DNA of 64,000 nt from Haliotis cracherodii. Taxonomy: Eukaryota. The position numbers were made by a program, and so were the translations under genes. Below, one piece after another: positions 38,038 to 49,739 of this stretch (positions are counted from its first letter, which is position 1; every line of letters starts with the position of its first letter). Under the pieces are notes generated by a model, which ran no database searches, was not told where the DNA came from, and was given only the letters and a program-made list of their open reading frames with translations. The stretch lies in NCBI RefSeq assembly GCF_022045235.1, contig NW_027266297.1, positions 26,102,001-26,166,000 on the forward strand, given 5' to 3'.

Positions 38038-38608
38038 ACAAGCATGAAATACTCACATCCCCCGCCAATATGACATGTCAGGTGTGTGCAATGCATTAGC
38101 TCCTGTGAACTATGTTCACTGGGCCTTTTTGTAAAGAAACATAGTACGTTTTTCAAGATCTGCTCCGGAAACGAGGACTACCGCCATTTTCAGTCTAAAT
38201 CAAAGTCGTTGCCATGGAAACTCGAAAAATATATTTTTTGTAAATCCCAAACCATCAAAAGGCACCAGTTCACCACTAGACCTATCTATGTGCCAAGTAT
38301 GGTGAAGAAATATGGTACAGTTTTCAAGATCTGCTCCAGAAATGAGGACTACAGACATTTTCAGTCTAAATCAAAGTCGTTGCAATGGAAACTCGAAAAA
38401 AAATTTTTTTTTAAATCCCAAACCATCAAAAGGCACCGGTTCACCACTAGACCTATCTATGTGCCAAGTTTGGTGAAGAAATATGGTACGGTTTTCAAGA
38501 TCTGCTCCGGAAACGAAATGTGACGGACGGAAGGACGGCCGGACGGAAGGAAGGACGGCCGGACGGCACCCATTCCTATATCCTCCTTCCACTTCGTGGC
38601 GGGGGATA
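38038..38608 (-). mobile_element. Helentron-associated (HINE/DINE-1-like) non-autonomous element with internal 171-bp tandem repeats
   Basis: Sub-terminal IRs ATCCCCCGCC / GGCGGGGGAT, (GTCC)-like microsatellite, about 2.3 copies of a 171-bp unit, inserted in an A-run without TSD. Removal rejoins Academ ETIP|KKIVTM. Confidence 0.7.
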
Positions 38609-39478
38609 AAAAAGATAGTTACAATGGATACAGCAAAGAAGCATATCAATATTGGATCAATTAAAGTTTTCGACACAAGTTTGATCTACTCTCCTGTTAT
38701 TGGTCTGCAGGCCAGCACTCGTGATGTTGACATTAAGCATGTATTTTCTCATGGATTGGCACCAGTTCCTACTTCCATGTTCGGCGATGCTGGAGAAATG
38801 AGAGTTTGCAAGGCAAAGTCCACGATGACACGTATTTTACAAGTACCGGTATCTTCTCGTCAAACACATAATCAGACAACAGCCTTGATTATTGATGGAT
38901 CAGCATTGCTGTGGGTCATTCGCTTGCCAGAATGGGGAACAGTCCTAGATTATTTGCTAGGTTTCAAAGCTAACATCATATCAAAATTGAAAGTTGGAGA
39001 TGTGTTCTTGGTATTTGACCGCTACAAGGAGTACAGCACTAAGGATGTCACAAGGCAGGGAAGAACAACAAATGCCAGCAGTAGAGTTCATCACATGAAG
39101 GTGTCAACAATCTTACCTCCCCAGAAGTCAAAGTAAACAAACATGCGTTGATAAACTTGATTTCCCATGACCTCCTTAATGATGATGATCTGCTTCATGT
39201 TCACACCAAAGAACACAAACTTGTCATTACAGGGGAGAATAATGTCCCACATGGGCGCCACCTAGCGGTGTGTAGTGCAGCAGCAGAGAAATGTCGCTCT
39301 GAGAAAAAAATGAAATAACGTCACAACCAATCTACCACCAAAGGTAACATTTTGAGAAGTTCCTCATATCAACAACGTCTAGAAGATGATCTGTGAAAAT
39401 GCAGATTATACAGCCAGAATCGGCTGTTTTCACTCAATCTTTATCAACTTCATGTTCTAAAGAGCTAGACGAGCAGCC

Positions 39479-40271
39479 ATGAGACCGCACGTGCTGCGCG
39501 TGCCGAAGAACACCAGGTTACTTCTGCGTCTCTGTTTGTTTGTGTCTGTGTTGACGTTGACACTTAGCAACGATGTTGAGCCCAACCAAGGCCCGCCAAA
39601 AACCCGCCAACTGACGATTGAGGGAGAGTTTTCTGCTTCTGAAGTCCTAAAAGAACTGAAAGAAATGCGCCAGGAAATAAATGGGAACTTTGATAAACTT
39701 AATCGAAAAATTGAATCTGTTGAAAGGGATATGCAATTGGTGATGGAGGAAAACAAAGAACTGAAAGACACTGTGAATAATCTATCAAATAAAGTGGAAT
39801 ATCTGGAGGGACTTAGCAAAAGAGATAATCTGATATTCCATAATATTGAAGAATCTAATGGCGAAACCACAAGCGAAATCGAAAATAAACTTAAAGAAGT
39901 TATCACCAAAATGGAACTGAGACCCACAGACTTTGTATATGATGACATCAGACGACTTCCTACCAAATCACTGGGACCCAGACCTGTAACTGAAAGGATC
40001 GCAGTTTGGTATCTCTCAGGATTTTCCAGAAAAAGTACGACAAACCCGACGTAAGTTGAAAACGTTTCTAGATAAAGCAAGAGATGAAATGAAGTATCCA
40101 GTACTGAGATATGATAAGATTCAAATTGATAACAAACTGTACAGATTTGATCACATAAATGAAAACCTAATACACATAAAGACATTGTCACCAGTCACTA
40201 GGAGTGGTATAAACAAGGCAGCAGCAGTGACGGAATCAGCGGAAGCAACAGATACGAATGATGATGATTAG
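39479..40271 (+). pseudogene. LINE ORF1 with N-terminal 2A-like motif; frameshift near 40000
   Basis: LSNDVEPNQGP; heptad coiled coil; KRDNLIFHNIEE; second frame FGISQDFPEKVRQTRRKL...LRYDKIQIDNKLY. Confidence 0.8.
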
Positions 40272-41601
40272 GGGTGTGGCCAACGTCCATTATGCACAGA
40301 TATCAGCCTAAAACTGTCAGTGTGGAACTGTGAAGGTTTCAAGAGATTACTGCAAAAGAGTCTTTCTTTAGATTTTATCAATAAACATCATATAGCATGT
40401 TTCGTGGAATCCTGGTTGAATAAAGAAGACAAAGTAGACATTAATGGATATAATACATACAGCAAAACCAGAACTAAAGCAAGTGGTGCTATCAGAAACT
40501 CAGGCGGGACACTCACAAGTCATTTCATCTAACGTATGTGAATTACATGGCTGTACTAAAACAGATAATGTCCAGTGGATAAAACTTCAGTTAAACATTA
40601 CTGTGGTGATAGGCACAGTGTATTACTCTCCAGAAGGATCAACCAGCCCACACTCAAAGGAACAATTGTTTGATATTCTAGAAGAGGATATTGATACGTT
40701 TCGAAGTTCTTTTCCTAATTGTGAATTCATTCTACATGGTGACTTTAACGCCAGAACTGGGAATTTAGCAGACTATTTAGAAAATGATGATACCACCTAT
40801 TTGCCAACTGACGAAAATATAAACTATATAATGGATGAACCCACCCCAAGAATATCTCAAGACAAAAATGTAAACAAAAGGGGAAAGTCATTGTTAGACT
40901 TTTGCAAGAAAAATGAACTCCGTATCTGCAATGGTCGTTTGTTTCAAGATAAAGACATTGGGAAAATAACTTGTGTTGTGAATGAGGGCCAAAGCGTTGT
41001 AGATTATGTTTTGTGCTCAAATAACATATTTCACCAGTTTACCAGTTTCGATATTTGTAACGAAGTTGAATCCACACACTTTCCTATCACATACTCTGTC
41101 TTGTTCAAGGGATATAGATCACCTAAGTTGACCAACGATACATTATCTAAAAAGTCAAGATATGTCTGGAACGATAACAAAATGGTAAAATACACTGAAA
41201 ATTGGAATTTAATATCGGAACATTCTATCCAAGAATTAACAACAATAGCAGCATGTGGGCGTGTCGAGGAAGTTGCTGAAACATTCCACGATTTGCTACT
41301 GTCATGTTCAAAGGACTTCAAGAAATCGTCAGTATCCATAGTCAACAAGGGACATAACTGGTGGGATGCGGAATGCTACCAAGCCAGGTGTGACGCACGC
41401 CGTAAACTTCGTGCATTTCATGCAACTAACTGTACACGCGACCGCCTCACCTATATCGAAGCATGGAAATCATACAAACATTTATGTCACCTGAAATGTA
41501 CACGTGCTCTCAATATGAAAAAGGAAAAACTTCAGGAGAGCCTTCTTAATAGGGACAACAAACTATTCTGGTCAATTCTAAAGGGAAAACGACAATTCAC
41601 T

Positions 41602-42365
41602 AATATAGAATACTAAACGAGCTCCCGTGTAATACCAATTTTATGAAACGAGTGAATAGTTCTGGTATCTGACGAGCGAAAGCGAGTCAGATACCACAAC
41701 TATTCACGAGTTTCATAAAATTGGTTTTACACGAGAGCGAGTTTAGTATTTTATTTATTACTTGTCATTTATAATGTTTTTAGAATTATACTGTTGAGTG
41801 TAAATAGGCCGACACCTACACGATCCATGGCATGATCCAATTGAGTTTAACAGAATAATACTTCAAACACGTCAAAAGTTGAAACGTATGAATTTAATAT
41901 CATACAATGGTCCACCTTTAGAATTCAGGCGTTCGTCCCACAAAATTATCGTAGTGCTAAGGCTATCACAACTCACATAATTTAACTTAGACTAAAGACT
42001 CTCGTTGCGCTAGAGTACGATCGCCTTGTGGAACGGGGCCTTGCAGCTCAAAGTTTACAATGACGTCACAATACCCGATGACGTAATTTGTTGAATTTTG
42101 TTGCAAGATCCATCGGCGAGTCAAAGCAATGTGACGTCAGCCTAGCAACAAGGTTGCTGGGGTCATCGAGTGTCCATAAGCTCCTCCCAGTGATCTATCA
42201 TCTCCACACGCAATGTCGTTGAATACGCCAAGGGATGTTGAGAGCTTTCAATATTTGTTCGTGAAACGTGTTCCGAGAGTACATAAGCACGCGTTTTGGT
42301 ATTACACAATGTGTAATAAAGCTGTATGTTTATTAAACGGGTGATCTCTTCACGGGCAAGTAATA
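41602..42365. mobile_element. Non-autonomous element with a ~160-nt terminal palindrome (Crypton-like, tentative) inserted in LINE ORF2
   Basis: Removing it restores the frame ACT|AAC CCA GAT. Hairpin 41602-41759. Internal IR TTTATTACTTG / CAAGTAATAAA. TAATA at both ends. Confidence 0.65.
41928..42040. mobile_element. ~110-bp Harbinger/Tourist-like MITE, degenerate copy
   Basis: Ends GATCGCCTTGTGGAACGGGGCC; same family as 3658-3765 and 27564-27670. Confidence 0.6.
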
Positions 42366-45300
42366 AACCCAGATATTACACCTGCTGAGTGGATAAGATA
42401 TTTTGAAAGCCACTTTAATAGTATAAGCACTTCACCCGATGAACAATCCTTTATTGAAAGCATAATGGACTTTATTGACTCAATCACCGATGATTTGATA
42501 GATACAACTGTAAATACGAATGATTTAGATAGAGATATTAGTTATGATGAAATTACTGCTGCTATTTCAGGTATGAAAAAGGGCAAAGCTCCAGGATATA
42601 GAGGTATACCAATTGACTTTTTCAAAAATGCTCCATTTGCTTGCGTTAACCTATTACTGACTTTATACAATGCAGTATTGAGAACTGGCATCTATCCAAA
42701 ACAGTGGTCACTTGGTGCAATACTTCCAATTCATAAAAAAGGAAATGTTAACAATCCTAAAAATTATCGCCCCATAACTTTATTGGAAGTTTCTGGTAAA
42801 ATATTTGCTAAAGTTATATGTGAAAGACTGACCAAATTTGTTGAAACTAATGATATTCTTATCCCTGAATAAGCTGGTTTTAGACATGGATTTCAAACAC
42901 TGGACAACACCTTTGTTTTGGATACATTGATCGCTAAATACTTTGCTTTGTATAAAGGTCGATTATATTGTTGTTTTATTGACCTTAAAGCTGCATTTGA
43001 TTCAGTTAATAGAAAAAGTATGTTATATAAGATTTGGTTGTACAACATAAAAGGAAGTGTTTTTCGCCTTATTAGAAATATGTATTCCAATGTTCAGTCA
43101 TGTATTTCACTGCAGGGTGGTTTTACTGATTTTTTCAACTGCTTAAACGGTGTGAAACAGGGATGCCAACTATCTCCATTACTTTTTTCATTGTATATTA
43201 ATGATATTATAGATTTTTTGAATGTAGATGAGGACAGGTGTATAGAACTGGGTATTTGTAATATTCTTATGTTACTGTTTGCAGATGACATGGCACTCTT
43301 CGATAGTACATTAAAGGGTCTACAAAAAAGACTTGACAAACTATCTGTTTATTGTAAAAAATGGAGCCTCTGTGTTAATGTTGAGAAAACAAAAGTAGTT
43401 GTTTTTAGAAAAGGTGGTAGACTTAGGAAATATGAAAAGTTTTATCTTGACAATAGACCATTAGAAATAGTTCCTTCCTATAAATATTTAGGTGTTCAGT
43501 TCTCTAGCAGTGGTTCCTGGTATAAAACACAGAAAACTCTGTCTTTTCAAATGTCCAAGGTTTTGAATACAATGCGCTCCCAATGTAATAATTTTAGAAA
43601 TTTATCATTGCCAGTATTGCTGTATATTTTTTATGTTAAATTGTTTCCAGTGTTGATTTATGGATCTGAAATTTGGGGTTTTCATCCATCGCCAGACGCA
43701 ACCCGTGTTTATGATACTTACTTTAAGCAATTACTCTGTCTTGGTAGAAACACACCAAATGTTGTTGCTAGAGGTGAAGTTGGATATTGTTCATTAAAAG
43801 CTAAGATGTACATCAAAGTAATTAAGTATTGGCTGAGATTAATTTATCAACAAGATAATGTGATTTTACAGCAGGCATATTCTTTTCAATATAGGTTAGC
43901 TGAATTAGATAAGAGTTGTTGGGCATATAATGTTAAAATGCTTTTATTTAAGTACGGTTTTGGATTTGTTTGGAAAAATCAAAATGTTAATTGTATCACT
44001 TCCTTTTTGTCAGAGTTTGAAGAGCGTTGTAAAGAGATTGATTACCAAATGTGGTTTGAGGATTTGTCAAAATATTCTAAATTGAAAATGTACCAGTCTG
44101 TTAAGACTGTCTTTAAATTCGAAGAATACCTATCACTTGTCATTGTGCATCCTTATAGAAATGCTCTGATTAAATTTAGATGTTCAAACCATAAACTTAT
44201 GATTGAATACGGACGTACACTTGGTATAAGTGCGAATGAAAGATTCTGTCCATTGTGTATCGTACCTTGTGTCGAAAGTGAATACCATTTTTGTATGATA
44301 TGCCCATTCTATAATGATATAAGAAGTCTATTACCGAAATACTATGTACAAAACCCAACTCTTCTTAAATTCCAACAACCACAGCCATCACAAAATGCCT
44401 ACACTGTAAATGTCTTAGCGAAATATATTTTCCTGTCAATGAAAAAAAGATGTAAACAACTCAATATTCATTAATTGTCACTTTGATTGACCAATGTATA
44501 ATATTGTATGGCGCTCAATTGAATTGAAAAAAATCAATGAAATATGTATTGTATAATGGGCCGGTGGCCCCTTTACTGCAATAAACTCTCTCTCTCCATG
44601 AAGTGTTCAATGGCATCATATCCAGCAGACATGACATTGTCACAACGCAATGAGAAGCTGACAACATAATTGTCCAACAAGCAATTAAAGTAGCATCTGA
44701 TGGAATCCATCCAGTGACTGTTCTGTCAGATGATACCGACGTATTCCTCCTGCTGTTACATTTCTACTACTTACAGAATATGAAGGTACAGGTATTCATG
44801 GAGTCACCTGTTCAGGAGCGCACTATCATTGACATTGGAGCTTCTGTTTCCAAAAACGAACCTATTGTGCTAGACCTACTGGCAGCACATGCATTGAGTG
44901 GTTGTGATACAACAGCATCATGTTTTGGGGTTGGTAAAGGAAAAGTGGTCAAGGCATTAAAGGACGGTCACTCTCTCTCACTGCTTATAGATCCTACAGC
45001 AGATTTACCTAAAATCACTTTACAAGCAACTCAGTTCATTGCAGTCTGCTATGGCAAACCATACTGCACATCTATTACAGAAGCTCGCTTACAAGTTTGG
45101 GCAACCGAAACTGGAAGAGGCTGTTTCAAATTCCCAAGCTCTCAACTTTACCGCCAACAGATGAAGCATTTTTTGAAAATGTGAAGCGGGCACATCTCCA
45201 AACCAGTGTGTTGAAGGCTGCGTTACAGTCAGACCAACCTGCGATTGATCCAACCAAGTTTGGTTTCCACAAAGACATTACATCCAAGTGCCTTCTTCCA

Positions 45301-46234
45301 GTTACTGTACCTGAAAGTGGTACACTAGCACCACAATATATTTTGAAACTTGTGAAGTGCACTTGTGGCAGTGATACACCGTGTAGGACAAATCGATGTG
45401 GTTGCAGTCACGCCCAGTTACCTTGCACAGTATTCTGCTCCTGTAGCTCCAGTGTCTGCTTCAACCCACTCACTAAGCATGTTATTGATGATGAGGAAGA
45501 AACCTAAACTGATTGTATGTATGTGAAGAAAACCTTGAGCCAATATTCTCTTTTGAAAGTTCAGAATAATCAATTATCCTTAAAAGAATCCCGTGCTTGT
45601 TGACTTTTATTATGTTTCGACAAGCATTTTGCCAGTTATCTTGCTTATTTAAGAATCAAATTATGTTTTCAATGATACCAGTTAATTTAGAATACCATAT
45701 TCTAATTAGCTGAAAGCAAAATATTAGTGATATGCTCCAAAAGTAGTATCATATTCCATACTGTTAGCAGGGAAGCGATATTTTCATGTTTTGGCGGCCA
45801 TCTTGTCGGCCATCTTGAATATTTCAAAATGCCCAAAGATAACAGAGTGTCATCAGTCAGTTTCATAATCTAGAGTATATCATTAAATAATTCCAGCAAT
45901 AACAATTCTGGGTTTGGGGAAAATATTCATTTCTCTGCCGGACTAATACTACAAGCATGGGTTGCTGAAGACCTATTCTATCCCGGATCTCCACGGGTCT
46001 CCTTATTCTGGTCGAAGTGGCTTTTGAACTAGAGCTGTGTTTGCGTATAATGTCTGTCGATAGGATTCGGTTCACATCAGACGATATTATCGTTAGACGC
46101 GAGCCCCAAACCAGTTCTAGTCAATGTCCTTTGACCTCTGACCTTATTTTATTGCGCCTCTTTATTAATAGTTGATTTTTGTTGTTCATACATAATATAA
46201 TAAAACAACTAATTATTAACAACATGAATGGGGA

Positions 46235-47075
46235 TTGCAGTGTATCATATCACCCTTTACATCCAATGCGAGAGGGGTAGGTATTTTGAAATATAATAAT
46301 ATAGAAACAACTATACATAAATTTAATATTGATCATATTAATGGAAACTTTATTATAGCAGATATCAACACTGAAGGCATAAGGATGACTCTAGCTACAT
46401 TTGGCATTAAATACCACAATCTTACCTGGCTATAAATCTGACCATGTTGCTATTACTATAACTTTGTCAGATTCTTCATCCAAAGAAAGGGGTGGCGGTT
46501 ATTGGACATTCAATACCTCTTTATTGTAAAACAAGATTATATGGAAACTGAAAAAAAACATTTGTTGAAACAAAAGGGGAATATGCAGATTTGGCACTTG
46601 ATGAAAATAACTCAGGTATAGTAAGGACTCTAAATTAAAACTGTCCATCAGCGATTCTCTATTTTTGGAAACCCTCCTTATGAAAATAAGGGGAAAATCA
46701 ATTTCGTTCTCATCTTTACTGAAAAAAAATATAAAAGAGAAAACACAAAATTGGAGGGTAACATTTTAGAATTAGAAGAAACGATAAGAAATTACGTCCG
46801 ATCAGTAAGTGAGAGAAGCTTCTCTGATCTCTCAAAGTATAAAAATGAATTAGAACAAATGAAGGTAGATAGGGGAAGGCAACTAAGAAGTAGGATTCAG
46901 TGGTATGAAGACGGGGAAAACCCGTCTAAGTATTTATGTCACATGGAAAACAGAACTTACACAAATAAGACTATTAATAATTCAACAAATGCTAATGGTG
47001 AAGTCATCACTGAAGGTGACGAAATGCTGTCTGAACAGAAAGAATTTTACAAAAAACCTTTACTCAGCTAGAAGT
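46235..47075 (+). pseudogene. Degraded L1/Tx1-clade ORF2 fragment
   Basis: SNARGVGIL, SDH, YWTFNTSLL, RSRIQWYEDGENPSKY and EFYK motifs across frameshifts. Confidence 0.75.
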
Positions 47076-48296
47076 TCTGAAAGGGAACAAACTCTTGAAA
47101 TCAGACGCTGCTTTTAACAGTACTTCAAGTTATATCACGGCGTGTCAGCTTAATGTGGGAGGAAAGCCCTAAGTGATGCAGGTCTGAGACGTTTACCACT
47201 TTGGTGAAGCCCACGAGCACGGGTATGGTGCTGACAAACCTAGAAACATAATCGCTGTGAACCGGGATTCGAACCCACAATCATAGGTTTCTAATAAAGG
47301 ACTGCTGACTGACGCCCCTAGCGACATGCCACCTGTCATGCATCACAAGTCTCAACTTCATTGTAAATAGATAAGCATAAATGTCACCCAGGTAAAGTCA
47401 GTTTATTCATGTTTATCAAATGGCATTGTATTAGATTTATTGCTTATGTTGTCCAATCAGAATGTAGTTCGTACTTCTGTAAATGCATTCACTATCATGT
47501 ACGAAACTATATAACTGTACTGGTAAGAGAAAGTGGCAATCGACTCACGTGACTCGGGGGGTCACACTCTTGCTGGTCGCCTACCTCTCTCCGTGTGATA
47601 AAGACACGATTTACAGAAAGACTTAATACTTATGTATTATATATGCGATCCCCTATCGCCAGTTATACCGATATAACGAACTTGTTTTTTAGTCCCGGCC
47701 ATTTGTTGCATATATACTGTATATATGCTTATAACGAACTACGGTTATTACGAACTAAAATTAGTGGTCCCTTTGAGTTCGTCATAACCGTAGTTTACTG
47801 TCTAACGACCCCCTTGCGTCAGTCAGGTAGTGGCTCGGTCTCAACAAGAAGTAACAATTGTTGTGAGATCCAGACTTCCCCACTGAAGTACCTGCTGAAG
47901 ATAACACGAATCTCCAGAGTGATCACCAGGCCTCATGCATGAGGTAGCATGCAATGCATAGACGACAAGGTACAGACCAAAAAAAGTACAAATGTCTCCT
48001 TATCTGAAATCTGCATAACCCATGTTACAGATGTATTCTTTTCACGAAACTTAACGAAGTCACCGAACCGTGCCCGCCAGCATCACGTCGAGTTCATCAC
48101 GTTAACATCACAATGTCTGTTACACGCTTAGCTGATGATGGTTTCGCCCTGCTGTTTTCACAAGACAGAGACTGCAACGTCGTCTACAGTAGAACTAGCA
48201 TGAAACCCGTCTGCAATCATGTGTGCAAAATAGGCATTGAACATTCTGTCACATTTGTTTTAATCCAAAAAGAAAAAGATGTTCGAGAGTACTCTC

Positions 48297-48471
48297 AGTA
48301 AACTACGTTTATAACGAACACGCTTATAACGAACTTACCAATATAACGAATTTGTTTTTTAGTCCCGGCCATTTTTTGCATATATACTGTATATATGCTT
48401 ATAACGAACTACGGTTTTTACGAACTAAAATTAGTGGTCCCTTTGAGTTCGTTATAACCGTAGTTTATTGT
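48297..48471. mobile_element. pogo/Tigger-like MITE (partial second copy at about 47660-47801)
   Basis: TIR CAGTAAACTACG / CGTAGTTTA(T/C)TG; internal TATAACGAAC repeats. Confidence 0.65.
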
Positions 48472-48645
48472 ATATCACTTTAAATCGACTCGGGACTCGG
48501 GGGGCCCCCACGTTCTTGGGACCCCTGATCACACTATTGGTGGACGACTACCTCTCTTATTAAGACTTAATACTTATGTTTTATACGCGATCCCCTTATC
48601 GCGGGTTTGGAGGTGGTCGTTACTCACACGACTGCCGATGTATAA

Positions 48646-49739
48646 AGCCCCTATCTCACACAAACGATTTAAGAAATTGCGAACACGATTTAAAAAAAGT
48701 TGAAAAATCGTGTTGATTCGTGCTCGACCTTGTGTTTTATACAAATTTCTTAAACAAACACGACCCTCATACGACCAAAAACGACCCTCATACAACCCTG
48801 TACACGACACTCATACGACCGTCATAAGATATTCATACGATACAACACGATTTAACCACATTTAACACGACCCCAATACGACTGTCATACGACCAAACAC
48901 GACTGTCATACGACGCCCATACGACTTAACAAGAATCAACACGACCACCATACGATTAAACCCGGATCATTACGATGTCCATAGGACTACAAAAATAAAC
49001 ACGATCTCCATACGACTGAGCAAGACCTTCATACGACATATTTTTGTTTATTTTGTTCACGTGAGTCATGTAGTATATAAGCTGCATTGTAACATCATTT
49101 CTGTGCCAGTCTTCACCATGTTCAACAACGAACAAGACCCGCAAGAAGCAGCTTTGGGGGAGGAGGAAGTACTTCTGGTAGCTATGGCTTTGATGGTGAG
49201 GGGTAGGAGGCAGCGTAGGCGTCGCAGAGTGAGGAGCTTCCGTTTCGGCCGCCTGAGGTTTGGCATGGCTGTAGAATGAGCTTTCACTTTCAGGGGGTTT
49301 CCCACGTTCTCACTCAGTCACGTGATGAGCTCTTCCGGTCGTATGACAAACGTATGGATTTCGTGTTCAGGCGTATGGGAGTCATATGAAAGGCGTATGA
49401 AAGTCGTTTTGAATCGTGTTAAAACGTATGAAGGTCGTATGAGTTTCTTCCCACACTCCCCAACACGACAGAACGCGACTGAACACGATCTTCATACGAC
49501 TGAACACGATCTTCATACGTTTGAAAACGACTGTCATACGACCTTCATCCGACCTTCATCCGACCTTCATACGACTGAACACGACTTTTCAGCTCGGCTT
49601 AAATCGTGCGCGGCCTACCATGACTTAACACGAATGAACACGAATGAGTGTGCGGCCTTCATACCTTCTAACACGATTTAAAGAAAAACGTTAAATCGTG
49701 TTCATTCATGTTCAGATTCGTGAATGTGAGATAGGGGCA
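48646..49739 (+). mobile_element. PIF/Harbinger non-autonomous deletion derivative
   Basis: TIR GCCCCTATCTCACA / TGTGAGATAGGGGC, TAA TSD, dense ACACGA/ATACGA sub-terminal motifs, remnant transposase-like N-terminus (LLVAMALMVRGRRQRRRRR). Confidence 0.8.

Larger units (their letters stand above)
40272..44474 (+). pseudogene. LINE ORF2 (APE endonuclease + reverse transcriptase), interrupted at 41602-42365, frameshift near 40510, stop at 42870
   Basis: Track ORFs 40320-40532, 40444-41616, 42465-42872 and 42918-44474 carry consecutive APE/RT motifs. Confidence 0.9.
39254..44596 (+). mobile_element. Full-length CR1/L2-group (Daphne/Crack-like) non-LTR retrotransposon, degenerate
   Basis: ORF1 39479-40271 (coiled coil plus L1-type RRM/CTD, one frameshift). 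ORF2 APE (WNCEG, VESW, GDFNAR, SVVDY) and RT (KGKAPG, NYRPI, DLKAAFD, GVKQG, LFADD) with a C-terminal CCHC, ending 44474. 3' end has a GGCCGGTGGCC hairpin, AATAAA and (TC)n. CATG is duplicated at both ends. Confidence 0.9.
36925..45951 (+). mobile_element. Academ-type (AcademX-like) DNA transposon, 5'-truncated, interrupted by two insertions
   Basis: Transposase-like segment (TCDQQLY, GMHLLMNF, GDWSLHL, SDMWIETTFMR). XPG/FEN-like nuclease motifs (IIDGSA, VFDRY, EADN, SDDTDV, HALSGCDT). Cys-rich tail CTC-C-CGC-C-CSC-C. Right end ...GCCGGACTAATACTA. Coding pieces at about 36925-38037, 38609-39253 and 44597-45507, with stops and frameshifts. Confidence 0.75.

Noticed and set aside
38086-38523. 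145-aa ORF with a 57-aa repeat
   Set aside because: Translation of the 171-bp tandem units inside the Helentron-like insertion.
45097-45507. Host tesmin/CXC-domain gene
   Set aside because: It is the frameshifted C-terminus of the Academ polyprotein.
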